From Selaginella moellendorffii (lineage: Eukaryota; Plantae; Lycopodiophyta), in assembly GCF_000143415.4 (NCBI RefSeq), contig NW_003314314.1, forward strand, positions 625,771 to 689,770: 64,000 nucleotides of DNA, given 5' to 3'. Positions 1-14,000 of this stretch are shown piece by piece. Every line of letters begins with the position of its first letter. Positions within the stretch are counted from its first letter, which is position 1. The position numbers and the translations under genes are program-made. The notes below the pieces were generated by a model, which saw nothing but the letters and a program-made list of their open reading frames with translations, made no database searches and was not told where the DNA came from.

Positions 1-319
1 GCATGTTTAGACATGGTACTTTGAAACGAGATGCATACCTGCTGAAGTGCAGCAGCCGATTCTAGCTCGTAAGTATCTTGCTCGACAATGTTGTGGTGCA
101 AGCTCGAGCAAGTCAGCGTGGAGCAGCTCGCAACCAACCTGTTTATTGCGAGAGAGTGATGATAACTTGGAAACCAAGTACGTGGGTTGTGGTTCTGGAC
201 TGCTGCATGATTATCCGTCCCAGCTTCTAGAATGTCCGTTCTTTTCTCAGATTTAAACATGGTTCAAACATCAGGATGCCTCGGCTGATGACTTGGAAGT
301 TTCATTTTGCAGGTCGTGT

Positions 320-1350
320 TCTAAAGTTTATCTTAACGCATGGAGAGCTAGAAATTGCCTTCACAGGAGGCATGGTCTTGCTATAGTTTACTTATTTGTC
401 TAAACATGCCCACTGAACCATCAGGAATCTTCCCCTTTTCCCCATGTCTTCGGGAGCAGGTACTCATAAAGCTTGAAGAATGTCCTCAAACACAGGTTGG
501 ATTTCAGGACTTTGACATGATTCAATTACACCGGCTTGAGCCACGGGTTTTGACCTTCTGCGGTCCCAAGGGGCGATGACAATGGAAGCCACAATCAATG
601 GACTTTATGAAGGATTGAATGTGGCAGATTTCTAAGAAATTCTAGAAGAGTATTTGACGTTGTATGTGCGAGAAAGTGCTCAACGTGTTTGGTTTTGTTT
701 TTGAGTTTTTGTCTTTCTCAAAAAGAAGTGTCCCAAGGATTCCCTCAATGGCTCCTGTTTTGGATCTTGTCTTTGAACCTGATTGTCTTGCTTGGTTTCA
801 GGATGAACTGGATGAGACAGAATCATCAAGAGGTTTGTGTAGTATTACCGAGATCAACCACTAGGCAGAGTAAAACTCCTGATCCATCTGTGGAGCAGCG
901 ATCTAGAGTCGAGAGTGACCCTTGAAGGTGACGATCAATGCACCGGACATCCAAGATTGCAAGTATTGCAGTGAGGCGCCTGCAGAGTTTGATCGTGGGA
1001 AGGATATCCAGTTAAAAGAGGAGCTTAACGTGAATACAGAACCAGTTCCATGGGTAAGTTCTGGGATCATCAGCGTTTCTTGGTGATGACGATAATCTCC
1101 CGTTAATTAACACGATGTGTCCAGCGTGACACCAACACCCAGAAACTGTAGACGCGAGATTTCTCCTGGCACCTTGGCACCACGACGAAACACGCAAATC
1201 GGTTGGAGTTGAATCCGATATGGTGTCAATGGCTGGAATGTTTGGAGCTGCGCTGATACAAGGCCGGGTTTTCATCACCAAGGATTATCACTGTGCCAGG
1301 CACAAAGGATGCAACAGGTTTCTAGACTCTTTGATTATTGCTTCTCGACC
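320..1350. repeat. Local segmental duplication; partner copy at about 3210-4280
   Basis: Shared blocks such as ggtcttgcta...aacatgcccactgaaccatcaggaatct, gaagaatgtcctcaaacaca and aggattatcactgtgccaggcacaaaggatgcaacagg. A smaller duplication links about 1725-1950 with 2543-2765. Confidence 0.8.
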
Positions 1351-1630
1351 AAAAATTTATTTAATTAATATTAACTAATATTTTAACCAGTTATTCTATA
1401 GAATAAACTAAGATATTCCATGATGTGGACTGCACCAAAAACCCTTAAAGTGGACACACTCCTAAACTAAAACTGAAGGAAGTGGCAAAACTCTGACCAC
1501 TGAATGGCCGCTCGTAAGAGAGAGTAATCTCAGGGAAGAGCTCGTGTGGCTGATGCCACGGCCTCTCATGTGAGTGACAAAGCCAGGGACATGAAAGTAG
1601 TCTTGTTTGACGAATACATGACAGTGTCCT
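720..1630 (+). pseudogene. Decayed alpha-1,6-fucosyltransferase-like (GT23-like, At5g28910-type) gene copy 1
   Basis: Near-identical blocks to the reverse complement of 26560-28289 (e.g. gatgacgataatctcccgtta, tccgatatggtgtcaatggc). Contains many deletions and frameshifts. Confidence 0.8.
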
Positions 1631-3664
1631 CCGGAATTCATAAAACTACAAGCGAGAGGTGTCCCTCGATCTTCTCATTCTTTCGGTAGCACAAAGTAGC
1701 AAGAACTAAACAAGAAAAACCCTTTACTACTGCAGCTTTCTGGAACACACCCCGAAAGCTCGCAACCAATAAGTTGTGTCTGATTTGCTCTCAAAATAAT
1801 CACTGGTGTTCCTTTACAAGCTCCCAGGTCTGCTGCTACGCCTGCCTCGATCACTGCTGCCACTAATCTCAATGTTGAGATATCTCATCTAGTAGCAAAG
1901 CTCGATGAACAGGTTGAGACTGACAACAAGAGTGTGGATGGTCGTTCCTCCAATCTTCTACTGCATGGTGATTCCTTGAGACGTGCTAAACTTATGCAAT
2001 TTCGCGTTCAGAGTCGGAAGGAGAGAACGTTCAAACACTGCATCCAATGTAATTTTGGACCTTAGCCTCCCTAATCAAGCTTATTACTCGCTGTTTTGAG
2101 GTTTCTTGCACTGTCCAGATTTCTTCTTCTTCAAGTAGTTCTAGGGAGCTCTTTAGTTTGGATGAAGCTGTTTTGGCATAGCAGCAAGAAATTCTTCACT
2201 TGTGAATCTTCCAAAGATGGATGATTGGAAGGAGGAATTGGACAACAACAATATGAACAAAAAGTCGTGATCACAAGGAGGAGGAGGAGGAGGAGGAGGA
2301 CAAGACTGCCATGAATCATGACCACAAGAAGAAAAGAAATAGTATTATCCCTAGGAAGTCATCAGATACAATGTGATGATCAAATGCATTTTCCTCAAAG
2401 CACCAAAAATATCTAAATTTTCAAAAGGATTTTTGCCCGCGAACGATAGCGGTGGCCGGCACATAAAACAATACAAAGCCAAGCCCTAACACTTATTTTT
2501 TCCTGTCTCTCACGCCATGGTGTTCGTCCTCGTCGGAAGTCCTCTACTACTGCAGGCTTCTGGAACATACCTCCAAAGCTTGCCACTCCCTACAACCCGT
2601 AAGTTTAAAGTTTCGTTGTCTGATTTCCTCTCGAAACTAATCACTGGTGTTTCCTCCTAAGCTGCTACGCCTGTTTGGATCAACACTCCCGTCAATGGCT
2701 ATGCTGAGCTAGTCGCAGAGCTCGACGAACAGGATGAGACTTTTCCAATGGATGCTGGTTCCTTCAATGATGATTATTCAGGCGTTGCAGGATTGGCTCC
2801 TGCCACAGTTCAGGTATGGTATCGGTTTTTTCTTGCTGCACTGCTTCTTTGTTTATATGAGACTGATGAAAATTTCTTAAACCAAGCACGAGGATGATGA
2901 TTTCGAGCTGCTGCATCCTCAGATAGCTGGGCTTGTGGAGGATGATCACGAGCTACAAGTCCCGGCTGATGTTACAATTTCGGTATGTGTCTTTTTATCC
3001 TTTTTAGTCCAATTGGTGATCACTCGCAGTAAACAGGTTGGTTGCGAACTTCTCCACGCCGACTTGCTCACGCAACATTGTCACGAGCAAAATACTTATG
3101 AGCCAGAATCGGCTGCTGCACTTCAGCAAGTATGTTTCTTGTTTCAAAGTACCATTGTCTAAACATGCTCACAACAATCAGGTTGATACCTGGGAAACCA
3201 TAATACAGGGAGAGCTAGAAATGCTCGTGCCTTCACAGTCCTTCATCCCTCCTGAGGTATGGTCTTGCTACAGTTTTCTTATTTGTCTTAACATGCCCAC
3301 TGAACCATCAGGAATCTATGAATGCTGGTCTGGAGCTACTGCCCCTGTTCCCAATGTCTTCGGGAGACTGTCAGGTACTCAGAAGGCGTGAAGAATGTCC
3401 TCAAACACAAGTTGGATTTCAGGACTTGAAATGATTCAATAACACCGGCTTGAGCTCGAGCTCCCACGCCACATATGTGCTGTCAAAGATGTCAAGAGGA
3501 GGACCCGGGTTTGCGGCTTGGAGTTTATGAAGGATTGGTTTCAAATTCAGATTTCTAAGAAATTATAGACTATTTTACGTTGCCTGTGCGAGAAAGTTAG
3601 TGCTCAACACGTTTGGTTTTGTTCTTGAAGTTTAGATCCCATCATAGTCAACCTTGCTTGCCTT

Positions 3665-4900
3665 CCTCAAAAAGATGAAAGGAAATCTCTACAAGGTAAT
3701 ATTACCAAGATCAACCACTTCCACGACCTCGGCGACGTCGAGCAGAGTAAAACTCCTGGGCAGCGATCTGAAGTCGAGAGCGAGCAGCACACCTCCACCC
3801 TTGAAGATGACGATCAATGTGCCGCACATCCAGGATTGCAAGCGTTGCAGTGAAGCAACTGCAGAGTTTGATTGCGGGAAGGATCCATCCTAGAAGGGAT
3901 TTGTCCAGTTAAAAGAGGAGCTTGACCTGAGTACAGAGACAGTTCCATGGGTAAGTGCTTGGATCATCAGCGTTTCTTACTCGCTTTTTTCGTGGAACAG
4001 GTCATTGGTGGTGATGACGATAATCTCCCGTTAACTAACACGACGCGTCCAGCGTGAGATTTGGTTGCACCAACATCCCAGAAACTATAGACATTTCTCC
4101 TGGCACCTTACCACGACGAGACGCGCAAATCGGTTGGAGTTGGATCCGATATGGTGTCAATGGCCGGAATGTTTGGAGCTGCGCTGATACAAGGCCGGGT
4201 TTTCATCACCAAGGATTATCACTGTGCCAGGCACAAAGGATGCAACAGGTTTCTAGACTCTTTGATTATTGCTTCTCGACTATAATATATAATCTCAGGA
4301 TCCAACCACACTCGCTGGTCGTGCTACTTTGTTCCCGAGGCATCTGAGGAGTGCATGGCAAGGGCACTGTGGCTAGCTTCGCAAAAACTGGCCCAGGACG
4401 TGGGAATTATCAAGGAGTTTAGTGGCAATCATTGGAATGGTAGAATTCCAAGGTGAGAAAAAGGTTTTTCTCATCAGTAACGTAGTATAATCTTGTTTTA
4501 GTTTCTAGGGGGAGCCTTGGAAAGCAATTGGACCTACAAGCTCATGGCACATTGGATGCATCTGGATGCCGCGGCCTCTGTTGAGCATTCATGTGAGACA
4601 GGGTGACAGCCAGGGAAATGAAAGTAGTTCGCCAGTGTCCTCTGGAAGAGATTCCCGCAAGTAAGAAATGTGTGGCTTTCAACAGAAATGCAGGTACAAA
4701 AACCATTGACAAGGATTTAATCCCACAAGATTTGAATGTGTGTAGAACTTCGTGGATGAATCAAAGGAGTACAAAGGCTGGAATTTTTATTACAGCGATA
4801 TTCGAAGGCAAGTTGGACAATCAGAATGGCATAGTATATGGCGTTGCTTGGAGACAAGCAAGCGTTTGACACTGCCTTCGTAAACTTGGTAATGGCGCCC
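3665..4900 (+). pseudogene. Decayed alpha-1,6-fucosyltransferase-like gene copy 2
   Basis: Fragments read REIWLHQHP, SNHTRWSCYFVPEASEEC, WLSTEMQ and WNFYYSD. Intron positions match the 26.5-28.3 kb copy. Multiple frameshifts. Confidence 0.85.
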
Positions 4901-7619
4901 AAGTGTCCTGAAGGAGAAGGTGAAACCCCGATCGGTTAGAGAGGTGGTGGAGCATGTGGCTCCCTTGCACTCTGACTCTATCCTACGCTCATCTGGGGGG
5001 CGAGACATTGACCTAGACATGGTATACTGGTGGAGGCCACAGCCTCTTTTGGTACAAGATTAGACCTACATGTGACATGTGAGAGTATCACTATGTAGTT
5101 TCATAAGAGGGCAGAACATTTAGTTTTTTTATTAGTGGGACATTGGGAATGTACATATATATTTCATCCACTTGGAATTATAGAAGTGATTAATTGAGGA
5201 TCAAAACTTTTTTAATTTTAACTTTATCAATGGCCTCTTTAGAAAATAAACTTAACAATCAAAATATACCAGTGAAAACATCCCAGGTGATTGTAATATC
5301 AGGGAAATTTTTTCTACAAACATGAGATTCTCCAAATCTTTGAAACTCACCACTTATTCTGATGCTGCCATTTAAGGGACTGGCTTTAACAAAACCTTTC
5401 ACGATGGACACACTTTGCCACAGCTGCAGAGATTGCTTCACTCTTGGGAAGCACAGTCTACTTTGTCATTCGTAAACACAATTGCCGTGGCTGGTTGGCC
5501 TCCATGAAAGAACTCCTCAACACACTCTTATGGAAAGTGTTGGAGGAAATCATAAATTAAACCTCATGGCTTAATTCGTCTAAAGAAACTAGAAACATTG
5601 TGATTTTCCCGTCTCAACAGCACCAAAACTGCATCCATGCTTTAAACAAAGAGGATGGCAAGAATGCATATGGTTTTGAGACTAAGTATGTAGAGGTCAT
5701 CTAGGATCTTCAAACTAGAAGAGCAAATATGCTTTTTAGCTTCTCTGTGTTTTGTGCATCTAACAATGATCCCGACAGACAGATTGATGCCACACCAAGT
5801 CTGATGCAACTTGCCACTGAAGCTCCAGCCATGGAACAAACAAGGGTGTGAGTACTTCATTGTAAAACTAATGAATCAACATCAAGGAAGCAACACCAAC
5901 ATGACATAGAGATGTCAAACCTCTTTGGCAGCAACCGGGGCAAGACCCTACTACCTATACTTTGCAAGCGCTTGGGCCTACATCTACAAGGTGGTGCCAG
6001 CAAGTCCAGAAAAAAAGCTGTGTCAAGAACTTACTGTAGTTTTATTTGGACCAAAGTTACTTTTTATACTTTAATCAAGCTAGATCCAATTCAATATGAA
6101 ATCATGGAAGATTTCAAGTATATTGTTCCCCACCACCAGGATGATCAAGAGAAGCCTTTCAAAAGAATGGTCCAAATGGAAATGGTGGCAGTGGTGGCAG
6201 TTATAACTCATCATCCAGCAGCTATCTTACAGTTTAGAACTGATTTAATAGCCAGCTAGAACTATATTAAAAACTTTCTAGAAACTCAAGAGTTCATATA
6301 GAAAAAATGAAAGAATGAACAATGTAGGAACCATTGGATAAAAAAGAGTTATATCTAATAAAATATGTATAGTTGCTATACATCTTAGGGCCTACTTGTG
6401 AAGAAGAGGTTAAGGGCTTGTGCCAGCCCATTACCACCCAAAGCGGCCCTTGACTGGCTTTCATGGGGCAGGCACAACCCAGTTAAGCAGCTCTTGGCAT
6501 ATTTTAATTGGATTAATAAAATTTTGGAGAATTTGTTCATGCCATGTAAGAAATAATATAGGTTCTCTAGAACTGTACAAGCCATGTCAACTATATATAA
6601 ACAATTAAAGAGAAAAAATTTATAGAAGTCCACCTCTTTTGTCCAATCAATTAAAGGTTTTGGGATAATTAAAGTTAAATATACTTAGGCAATAGTAAGA
6701 TCAACTTAACTGGGGAGGCTGATTAACATGTATATGCTCCCCTGTTAACCTCTAATAACATAGCTCACCAGGCTTCTGTCTAGATTGCCATATTATTGAC
6801 AATAATAACTCCTATAACTTGCATCACACTGTTGGGAGCCATTTGACTTGAACTGTTATACATGATAGTATGAAAGTGGGAGGTATGGTGTGCAATTTGT
6901 AAACCATATGTAGATAATCACATAAAAGCATCTCAAAAACTGAACACACAAGACTCTCCACATGTTGTCCTACAATTAATCTATAATTTTATGACTATGA
7001 TTTTCCCATCAGATGGCCATGGCAAATTTCCATTATCACTCCATACATGCATATGCATGGACCATTCATTCATTGATTCAACATGAGCATAACTTTGATT
7101 GGGTCAGTAGTTTGTCTTTGGTCCCTAATATTATTGCCCAAGATGGGATTTAATCAGTATGGTAGATGAGTTTTCTAGCAAAAGGTGAAGTCTATCTTCT
7201 ATTTGTAGATCATTCATTTTTTCCTATTACAATGTCAAAACTATCTAACATATGGTATTTGTTGATGGCATGTGTGAAAGCAGCTGGTTTGTGTAGACTT
7301 TTCAATTTACCTTTTTTAATTGGAGAACCAGGTCTAGTGGAGGATAAAGAATATAGTATTATATATCACGGCATTGATATGTTTGATAAATCAAGTGTTG
7401 AGAGTGAGATAGAGATGTTTCTGAGGTAAGTTAAAAATATCTATTGTCATACTAAATCTATTATATACTAAAATAGTAATTCGTACAGGGATTTGAAAAT
7501 TTCCTCCAGTCATGAGGCTTTGGAAGTCTAATTTATTTTGCTATTTGGATGCAACTTAAAATTCTCAAGACCAAAACTACTATTTACTTTGCAACTTATC
7601 TTGGAATTTCAAGGCCAAC

Positions 7620-8550
7620 ACTTTACAGGTATACAAAGCCATCGACCCCAAGTGGAGGGGGATTCCACTAGCAAAGGTACTAAATCATCTTTAGGTTAAT
7701 GTTTCTATGAATCATACTGGTACAAACTAGGGACTATCAACTCCTGCTCCTGCTATAGAACTATAGGATATTGCTTTAATCAATGTTAAATATAACAAGC
7801 TTTAGCTATACTTTAACAAAGACACTTAACAAGAAATCATTGATAAGAATACTCAAACGATGTGCTATATGTACTGCATTATATAATTATGAGTTTAATT
7901 TTATATTCTACAAATCATTTCCAGAAATTAGTCTTAGTCTTCTTTGTTGTAGCCTATTGCAAGCTTATGAGATATGGTTTTTTCTGTTCATACTGTGATC
8001 TATAGTGCAATTCATTACATTGTTGTGTATGAATTCTTAACCACAAAGTAAGCACATGCTATTTTTAACATTTACACATAGGCTGTGAGGCGGTTCGGTA
8101 GGCCAAAATGACTAAGAAGTGACAATGCTTTTGAGCATAATGAGGTTGAGGCTGATATGATGAGTTATTAGGGGGTAGGAGCTAGAAGTTTTATACACAT
8201 GATATCAAAATGAAACTAAGTATAATGTATTTGTGGTTTTTGGATCTTTCTTGGCTACTACTTACTGCTTTATTGCAACACATTAGGCACTTGAACTGTC
8301 TCAGATAGTGTCGGTAATGGCTTATTTCTTAATGACTTATGTCGAGTGGTAAGTAGAGCGTTGTGGCTTGAAATTTTCGAGCATATCATATAATTTTACA
8401 AGCACTTATTCGAGTTTATGGAGGATATTGGAATTTTGGATATCTTTAATCCATGACACAAGAAAAGCTTGCAATGTGTATATACACTTTACTTTGTAAA
8501 GGATATTTCCTACTAGGTTGCTACATAGAATCTTTATAAAGTACTATTGA
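7620..8550 (+). mobile_element. Degenerate IS3EU-like DDE integrase-core transposase relic
   Basis: Manual translation through stops gives KLMRYG..VH.VI..., AVRRFGRPK*LRSDNAFEHNEVE..M...GVGARSFI...S.*N and VE.LWLEIFEHII*FYKHLFEFMEDIGILD. These follow the KLIRW..VIHG.ID / FG.P.RVRSD.G.EN / GRSVHNQRIERLW pattern of eukaryotic IS3-like integrase cores. Confidence 0.65.
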
Positions 8551-11003
8551 GAGCTTTGCCACGGGTGAGAGTGGGATATTCTTTAAATATGCTGAGATTC
8601 TTGTATAGAAACTCATAGAGTGCGAGATAGACAATATAGGACAAGAATTTAGACATTTAGCATGGAGTTTAGATAGCAAGAGAGCATGTTTTCATTGTTA
8701 ATGGTGTTCTACCCTCAACAAATAATGAACCCGACATAACTTTGATTGGAGTTTATTGGAGAAAGATTGCAAAGCTATTCCATTATGGGTTTAATCCTTC
8801 CCTAGTTGCATGTTGGGAGCTTCACCACCTTGTAAATCTTAGAGCATGAGGGTGAGAGTGGGATATTTCTTGAATATTCTAAGATCTTTGTATAATATAG
8901 GGTTATTAGGATGCAGAAGGGGTGCTCTGGGCCCTTGTCACCAAGTCAACTTCACAGTTGTAATAACAAACTAATTATAAAGGTGATATATCTCCAAGAT
9001 ATTCGGATTGAATTATTAGTAAATATGTGCTAGGGTTGTTGCTATTAGGGTGATTTCATCGATGGGATGCTTTAAAATGCAATCCAACTCATTTTGCAAG
9101 CACCTCCACATTTGTTACTCCCAAATGCCATGATAAAGACTAGAGCTTTCATTTGTTGGTCATACAAGTTAGACAACTCACAAGAGCATCAAAGAGTTAC
9201 AAAATTTTGAGGAGATCTCCATTAAGGCATACTACTGGCCCACAGAGATGTCTTGGGCTTACATTTGTAACAAGAGCAACTTCTCCCATTCGACAGTCAT
9301 TTTCTTATACAACATTGTTAAGCATCTCATTATAGAATATGCGCCAAAGAGAAATGCATGCCCTAAATACAATGGCACTTTTAAATTCACAAGCTAGTGC
9401 CATTTTATATTTAGTAGATTTTCAAAATTGCCCTAAAGACTAATTCCTAAAACTGGATGAAAGCCCAAAGTGTGGTTTTATATATGATAGGGGATATAAA
9501 GGGGATCTAAATATATGGTAGGGATAGTGGGTAAGTTGGGCATAAATAATTAATCTAACACATTGTTTAGCTTTCCATTGGGTGTATTTTAACTTGTTTT
9601 GCATTTAGTTTAGGTCTAAACCCAAGATCTATACCATATTAATTATTGGAGTACCCAGTATTAAGCCATCAGTATGTTAAAATTATGCCAAACTTCATTT
9701 GGTTTTATTTTGCATGTTGCCTTTAGTGTTGGGATGTTGGATGGTTTAAGACTATTTTAATATCACTCATGCTCCTATTTTTTCACTCATTGGTTGTATA
9801 TTTAAGAGTTGTTCTATGCTTTTGTTCCTTTATTCTATGGCTATATGTTTATGAGTTTAGCTCCCTCTCATTCAATGACCCAAGGCTTTGAAATTTGGGT
9901 TTCACTTTGTTGCCCTTTGCATATGTGTCCAAGGATTAGGTTCCACTATGTGTATGGTAAATTAGAGTATAGGGTGAAAATCACATACATTACAACTATA
10001 CAAAATGATTAAATCTAGAAACCATACAAATAATTCATTGATTGAACTTTGTTAGCATTCACACATTATACTCAAAGGAAAGAGTCAAGTACATCTCTCC
10101 TTATAGCTACACTTTTTAGTGGAATATAGTAAATTAATAGAATCATACTTGCCTCATTGCTTGCATTTGAGTGCTTGCATTGAGATAGTTTCAACTCTAC
10201 ATGAAGTAAATAACGCAAGAGTGGGCTTTCAGCGTAAAAATCCCAAATCCCAAATTCTCTTAAACACTAGTTGGATGTGCAAAATAATTGAAGCCTCAAT
10301 TTGGATATACTAATTTGTTACACTATATAACATTTATATGAAGCATTATTATAAATAAATTGCTATGCGTTATATATAGCAATGTTTGGTTTGCTTAATA
10401 GTATTTTTTTTATTACTTGTTAATCCAATTGATCAAATAAAGTTTATAATTATAAGCATATTTGTAATTTATAAACATAAAATTAATCTTATTGCATATC
10501 AACCATTAGATGATAGAATAAAAAGAATATACTAGAAAGGGTTTAAGAAAGTTTATAAATTATAAACATGTTTATAAATTATAAATACAAGATTAATCTA
10601 AATGAGTAAAATATCCTAGAATATCCAAGCATATTTTAAATATATCCACTACTTTCTATAGGGCAAATCAAAAATATATTTCAAACATAAGTAAATTTTG
10701 GAAAAGCACAAAAGTTTCTCACTATGTTTTATATAGTTAAAATTTGAAAAACCACATAAACTATCCTTTCCCTGTTTGGAGACAGGGAAAGGGTAAGTTT
10801 CAGGGTGACAATAGAGAGTAATCAACTACAATTTGCAGCCATAGCCACCACTGCTGCAACTCACGTCAAAAAGAAAAGTTACGTCAAGACCATCGTTAAC
10901 TTGCTGCTGCTCAACTCAAGTAGAGTTCCATTTGAAAGTTGCTTCCAGTTTTTGTGTGTTTGACATATACTTTAATCTAAATGATGGCCCGCCACCAGGA
11001 CGA

Positions 11004-14000
11004 TCAAGAGATGCCTCTCAGTCGTTGTCTGTCCAAAAAGAATGGCCCCAATGGTGGTGGCTGTGGCAATGAAGACGGTGGTGGTGGTGATGGCGGCGAT
11101 ACCTCATCATCCAGTCCCATCTTTTGCAGCCATCTCTTGATATAATCACCTACAAAGTATCCCGCCACCGATGCCACAAAACCCGTGAGAAGCAGATTAA
11201 CGATGGTCTTGGCGTAGCTCTTCTTCTGAACGTGAGCTTTCCCCAGGCCGAGCAGACACAGGCAAGCCAGCGACACGGCCGCCGTGGCTGCAAACTTGTA
11301 GTCTTTATCTCCACTGGCTCGAAACGAGAATCCATAAGTCAGTGGAGCGAGGCAGCCGAAGATGAGAAACGAGGCGATGGAGATGGAGCCGTTGATCCAC
11401 AGGCTCTGTCCGATGTACTGCTCGAACGAGGTGTAATCGGTCTGGTACAAGCTCCCAATCTGGAAGAACAATGTCACTGACTAAAGTTTACAAAATGGAG
11501 AACCACTTACGTTATGGAAGAGCGTGATCAATCCCGCGATCAAGTTTGCTAGGCTCAAAGCGAGAACATTAACTGTGTCACATGAAAGATCAGCGAAGAA
11601 AACGAAAAAGAACGAAGAAAAGCTATGAAAGACATACTTGTTTTGGTTCCCGAGCCAGCTCCAGAGGACACCACTGCCAGGCTCGTGAGTGTCACGTCCA
11701 ATCCTCCATATACAATGCTCTTGACATACTCCTGTATCTTTGGAGCTCCTGGTTGCTGGTGGGAAGGATCTGGGATAACTTCTGCGATGGACAGTGCGGT
11801 TTCCACAGCCTGCTTTGGATCATCGCCTCGAACTTGGATGAGTGCCTCGGGGCTCTTGACGGAGACTGTGGCAGTCACTGGTCCGGCAGCCGGAGCGAGA
11901 ATGCCTGCTGCGTCTGATAACGAAGCTACAACTTCTTGAACGTCGAGCTCTCTCTGATCGGGTGTGAGCAATGGCTGCTTAAGTTCCTCCACTTGAGAGG
12001 TTTCTTTCGGTTTCTTTGGAATGGGAGCAACTTCCTGGATCTCGGACTGAGGTACTTTGCTCGCTGGCTGCTTTCTCCTGTCGATCAGACTCTCCTCTTC
12101 ATCACCATCTTCCTCTTCTTCTTCCTCCTCCTCTTGAATGATCACCTTAGTTGGACGATCCGATCGAGCTGCGTCCTGATAGTTTTTTGGAGATTCTCTC
12201 TCCAAGGCATCGAGCAAGGCCCATCCTGTTGACGGCGTTGAGACGAGAGTCTGTGTGGTGGTCTTGTCGTTTTTCCCGGCCGGGTCGCTTTTCTGGCTCA
12301 AAGTCATGTCCACAAACGTGGTTGCGTTGTCGACTTGGACTGTGCTGACTTGCGTGTCTGCTTTCTTGGCTGTGCTCTTCACAGTCACGACGTTGGTGAT
12401 CGTTTTGATCCAAGCCTGGATTCGGGTTTCCTTGCTAATAAACGATTCCTCGCGAGCACTGTCTTTGCGAGGAGCTGCACATCAGGTTTGTATTTGCGAT
12501 GAGCATACCGGTGTTTGAAGAATGATGGTACTTACTTAGATCTTTAACTTTATCTTCCGTTTTAGCTGTTGACTGCAGTTTACTGTTGTCTTCTATGACG
12601 AGATCATTCGTTGGTTTCTCCTCGCTTGCGACTGCCCACCAAAACAGTTGAGGAAAAGTGAAAAGTAAAAACAAAATGGAGAACCTTTTGTTTCTTGATG
12701 TTCGGGCTTTGTATCAGCACCCCACGAGTAAGCTGGAATCAGAAGAGGTAGACAGTTTAAGCCAGCTTTGATGTCAACGTCCTCTGCTTGCAAGATCAGT
12801 GAGTGATGGTTCAACAAAAATAGAAAAAGAACCATACCTCGTTGAAAACTCCACGGAAGACAATCGCAAGAATCTGTCTTTTTTTCCTCTGCACTGATAA
12901 CTCCTGCAGTGAGAAAGCTCAGCAGCAGCAACTTAAAGAGAGAATGTACGACATACTTTCATAAGAAACATGTGTTTCAGATGGAGCTGAAGCTGGAGGT
13001 TGCGTTGATGGAATATCAGCCTGAGAATCAGCTGCTATGTCACTGCTTTCGAGCTCGGAAAGATCTGTTGGCACTTCTTTGTCCTTCGAAGTACTACCCT
13101 GAGGCTCAGGTGCTTTTGTCACTGGCTCAACAACACGAACCTCTGGCAAATCTAGCAGTTATAGTTTCATAAGGATTCGATTGTATCACTGACCTTCTGT
13201 AACCTTTGAAGTGTGAGTTGAGCCTTGAGTATCTGTGACTGAAAACCGCAAAATCAAAGTATTTATAATCACAAGAAAGGGAATTCACGTACCATCTTCC
13301 TCTTGTGATGTGATCTTCAGGGATGACACTGCCTGGTTTGAGTCCTGAGCTTCTTCTCCAGTCCGAACTGTGATCTTGACTGTGAGCGACACCATCGTTT
13401 CGTTAGGATCCGGAAGTAACTCGTAAATTCATGGATACACACCGTCCTCCTTCACCAAAGTTTTCTTCAAAGGCGATGATCCCCAGCTGTAAGAGGGAAG
13501 CAAAGCTGGAATACAGTTAAATCCACCTTTGTCTTCCTCCTCTCGCACCTCAGCAGCACCTGGATAAAAACAGTGACGAATTAAGTAAGTGTCTCAGAAC
13601 GCCTGTAGAGATAACAACCTGAATCCTGTTCTTGGATCGTCATCGAATCGCCATCTTTGTCCCAGTACTTGGGAAGCAAGACAGGCAAACAGCTGAACCT
13701 TTCCGCGTCTCCTTCCTCCATTGGCTCGGTCGTGGCTCTATTCTCTACAAGATTCAGCAAGATTATCAAAAGCTTTTCTTTCCAAAAACCATCCCAAACC
13801 TCGTGAAGATGACAAAAATGGAAGACAGCTCCTCTCCGACTTGTCCTGCTCACTTTCACTGCTCACATGTCCTGAGAAATAAACAAAAGCCCGCAAGTAG
13901 AGATCTGACTGTACATGTTTTATAAAAACGAGTAGAAAGGCAGCATGCGTACGTACCAGTTCCATGATCTGGAAGCACGATGGTTTGCTCTGGCCGACTC

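Noticed and set aside
9120-10250. Possible Gypsy (AYYWP) and Copia integrase traces
   Set aside because: They are too eroded to support by eye.
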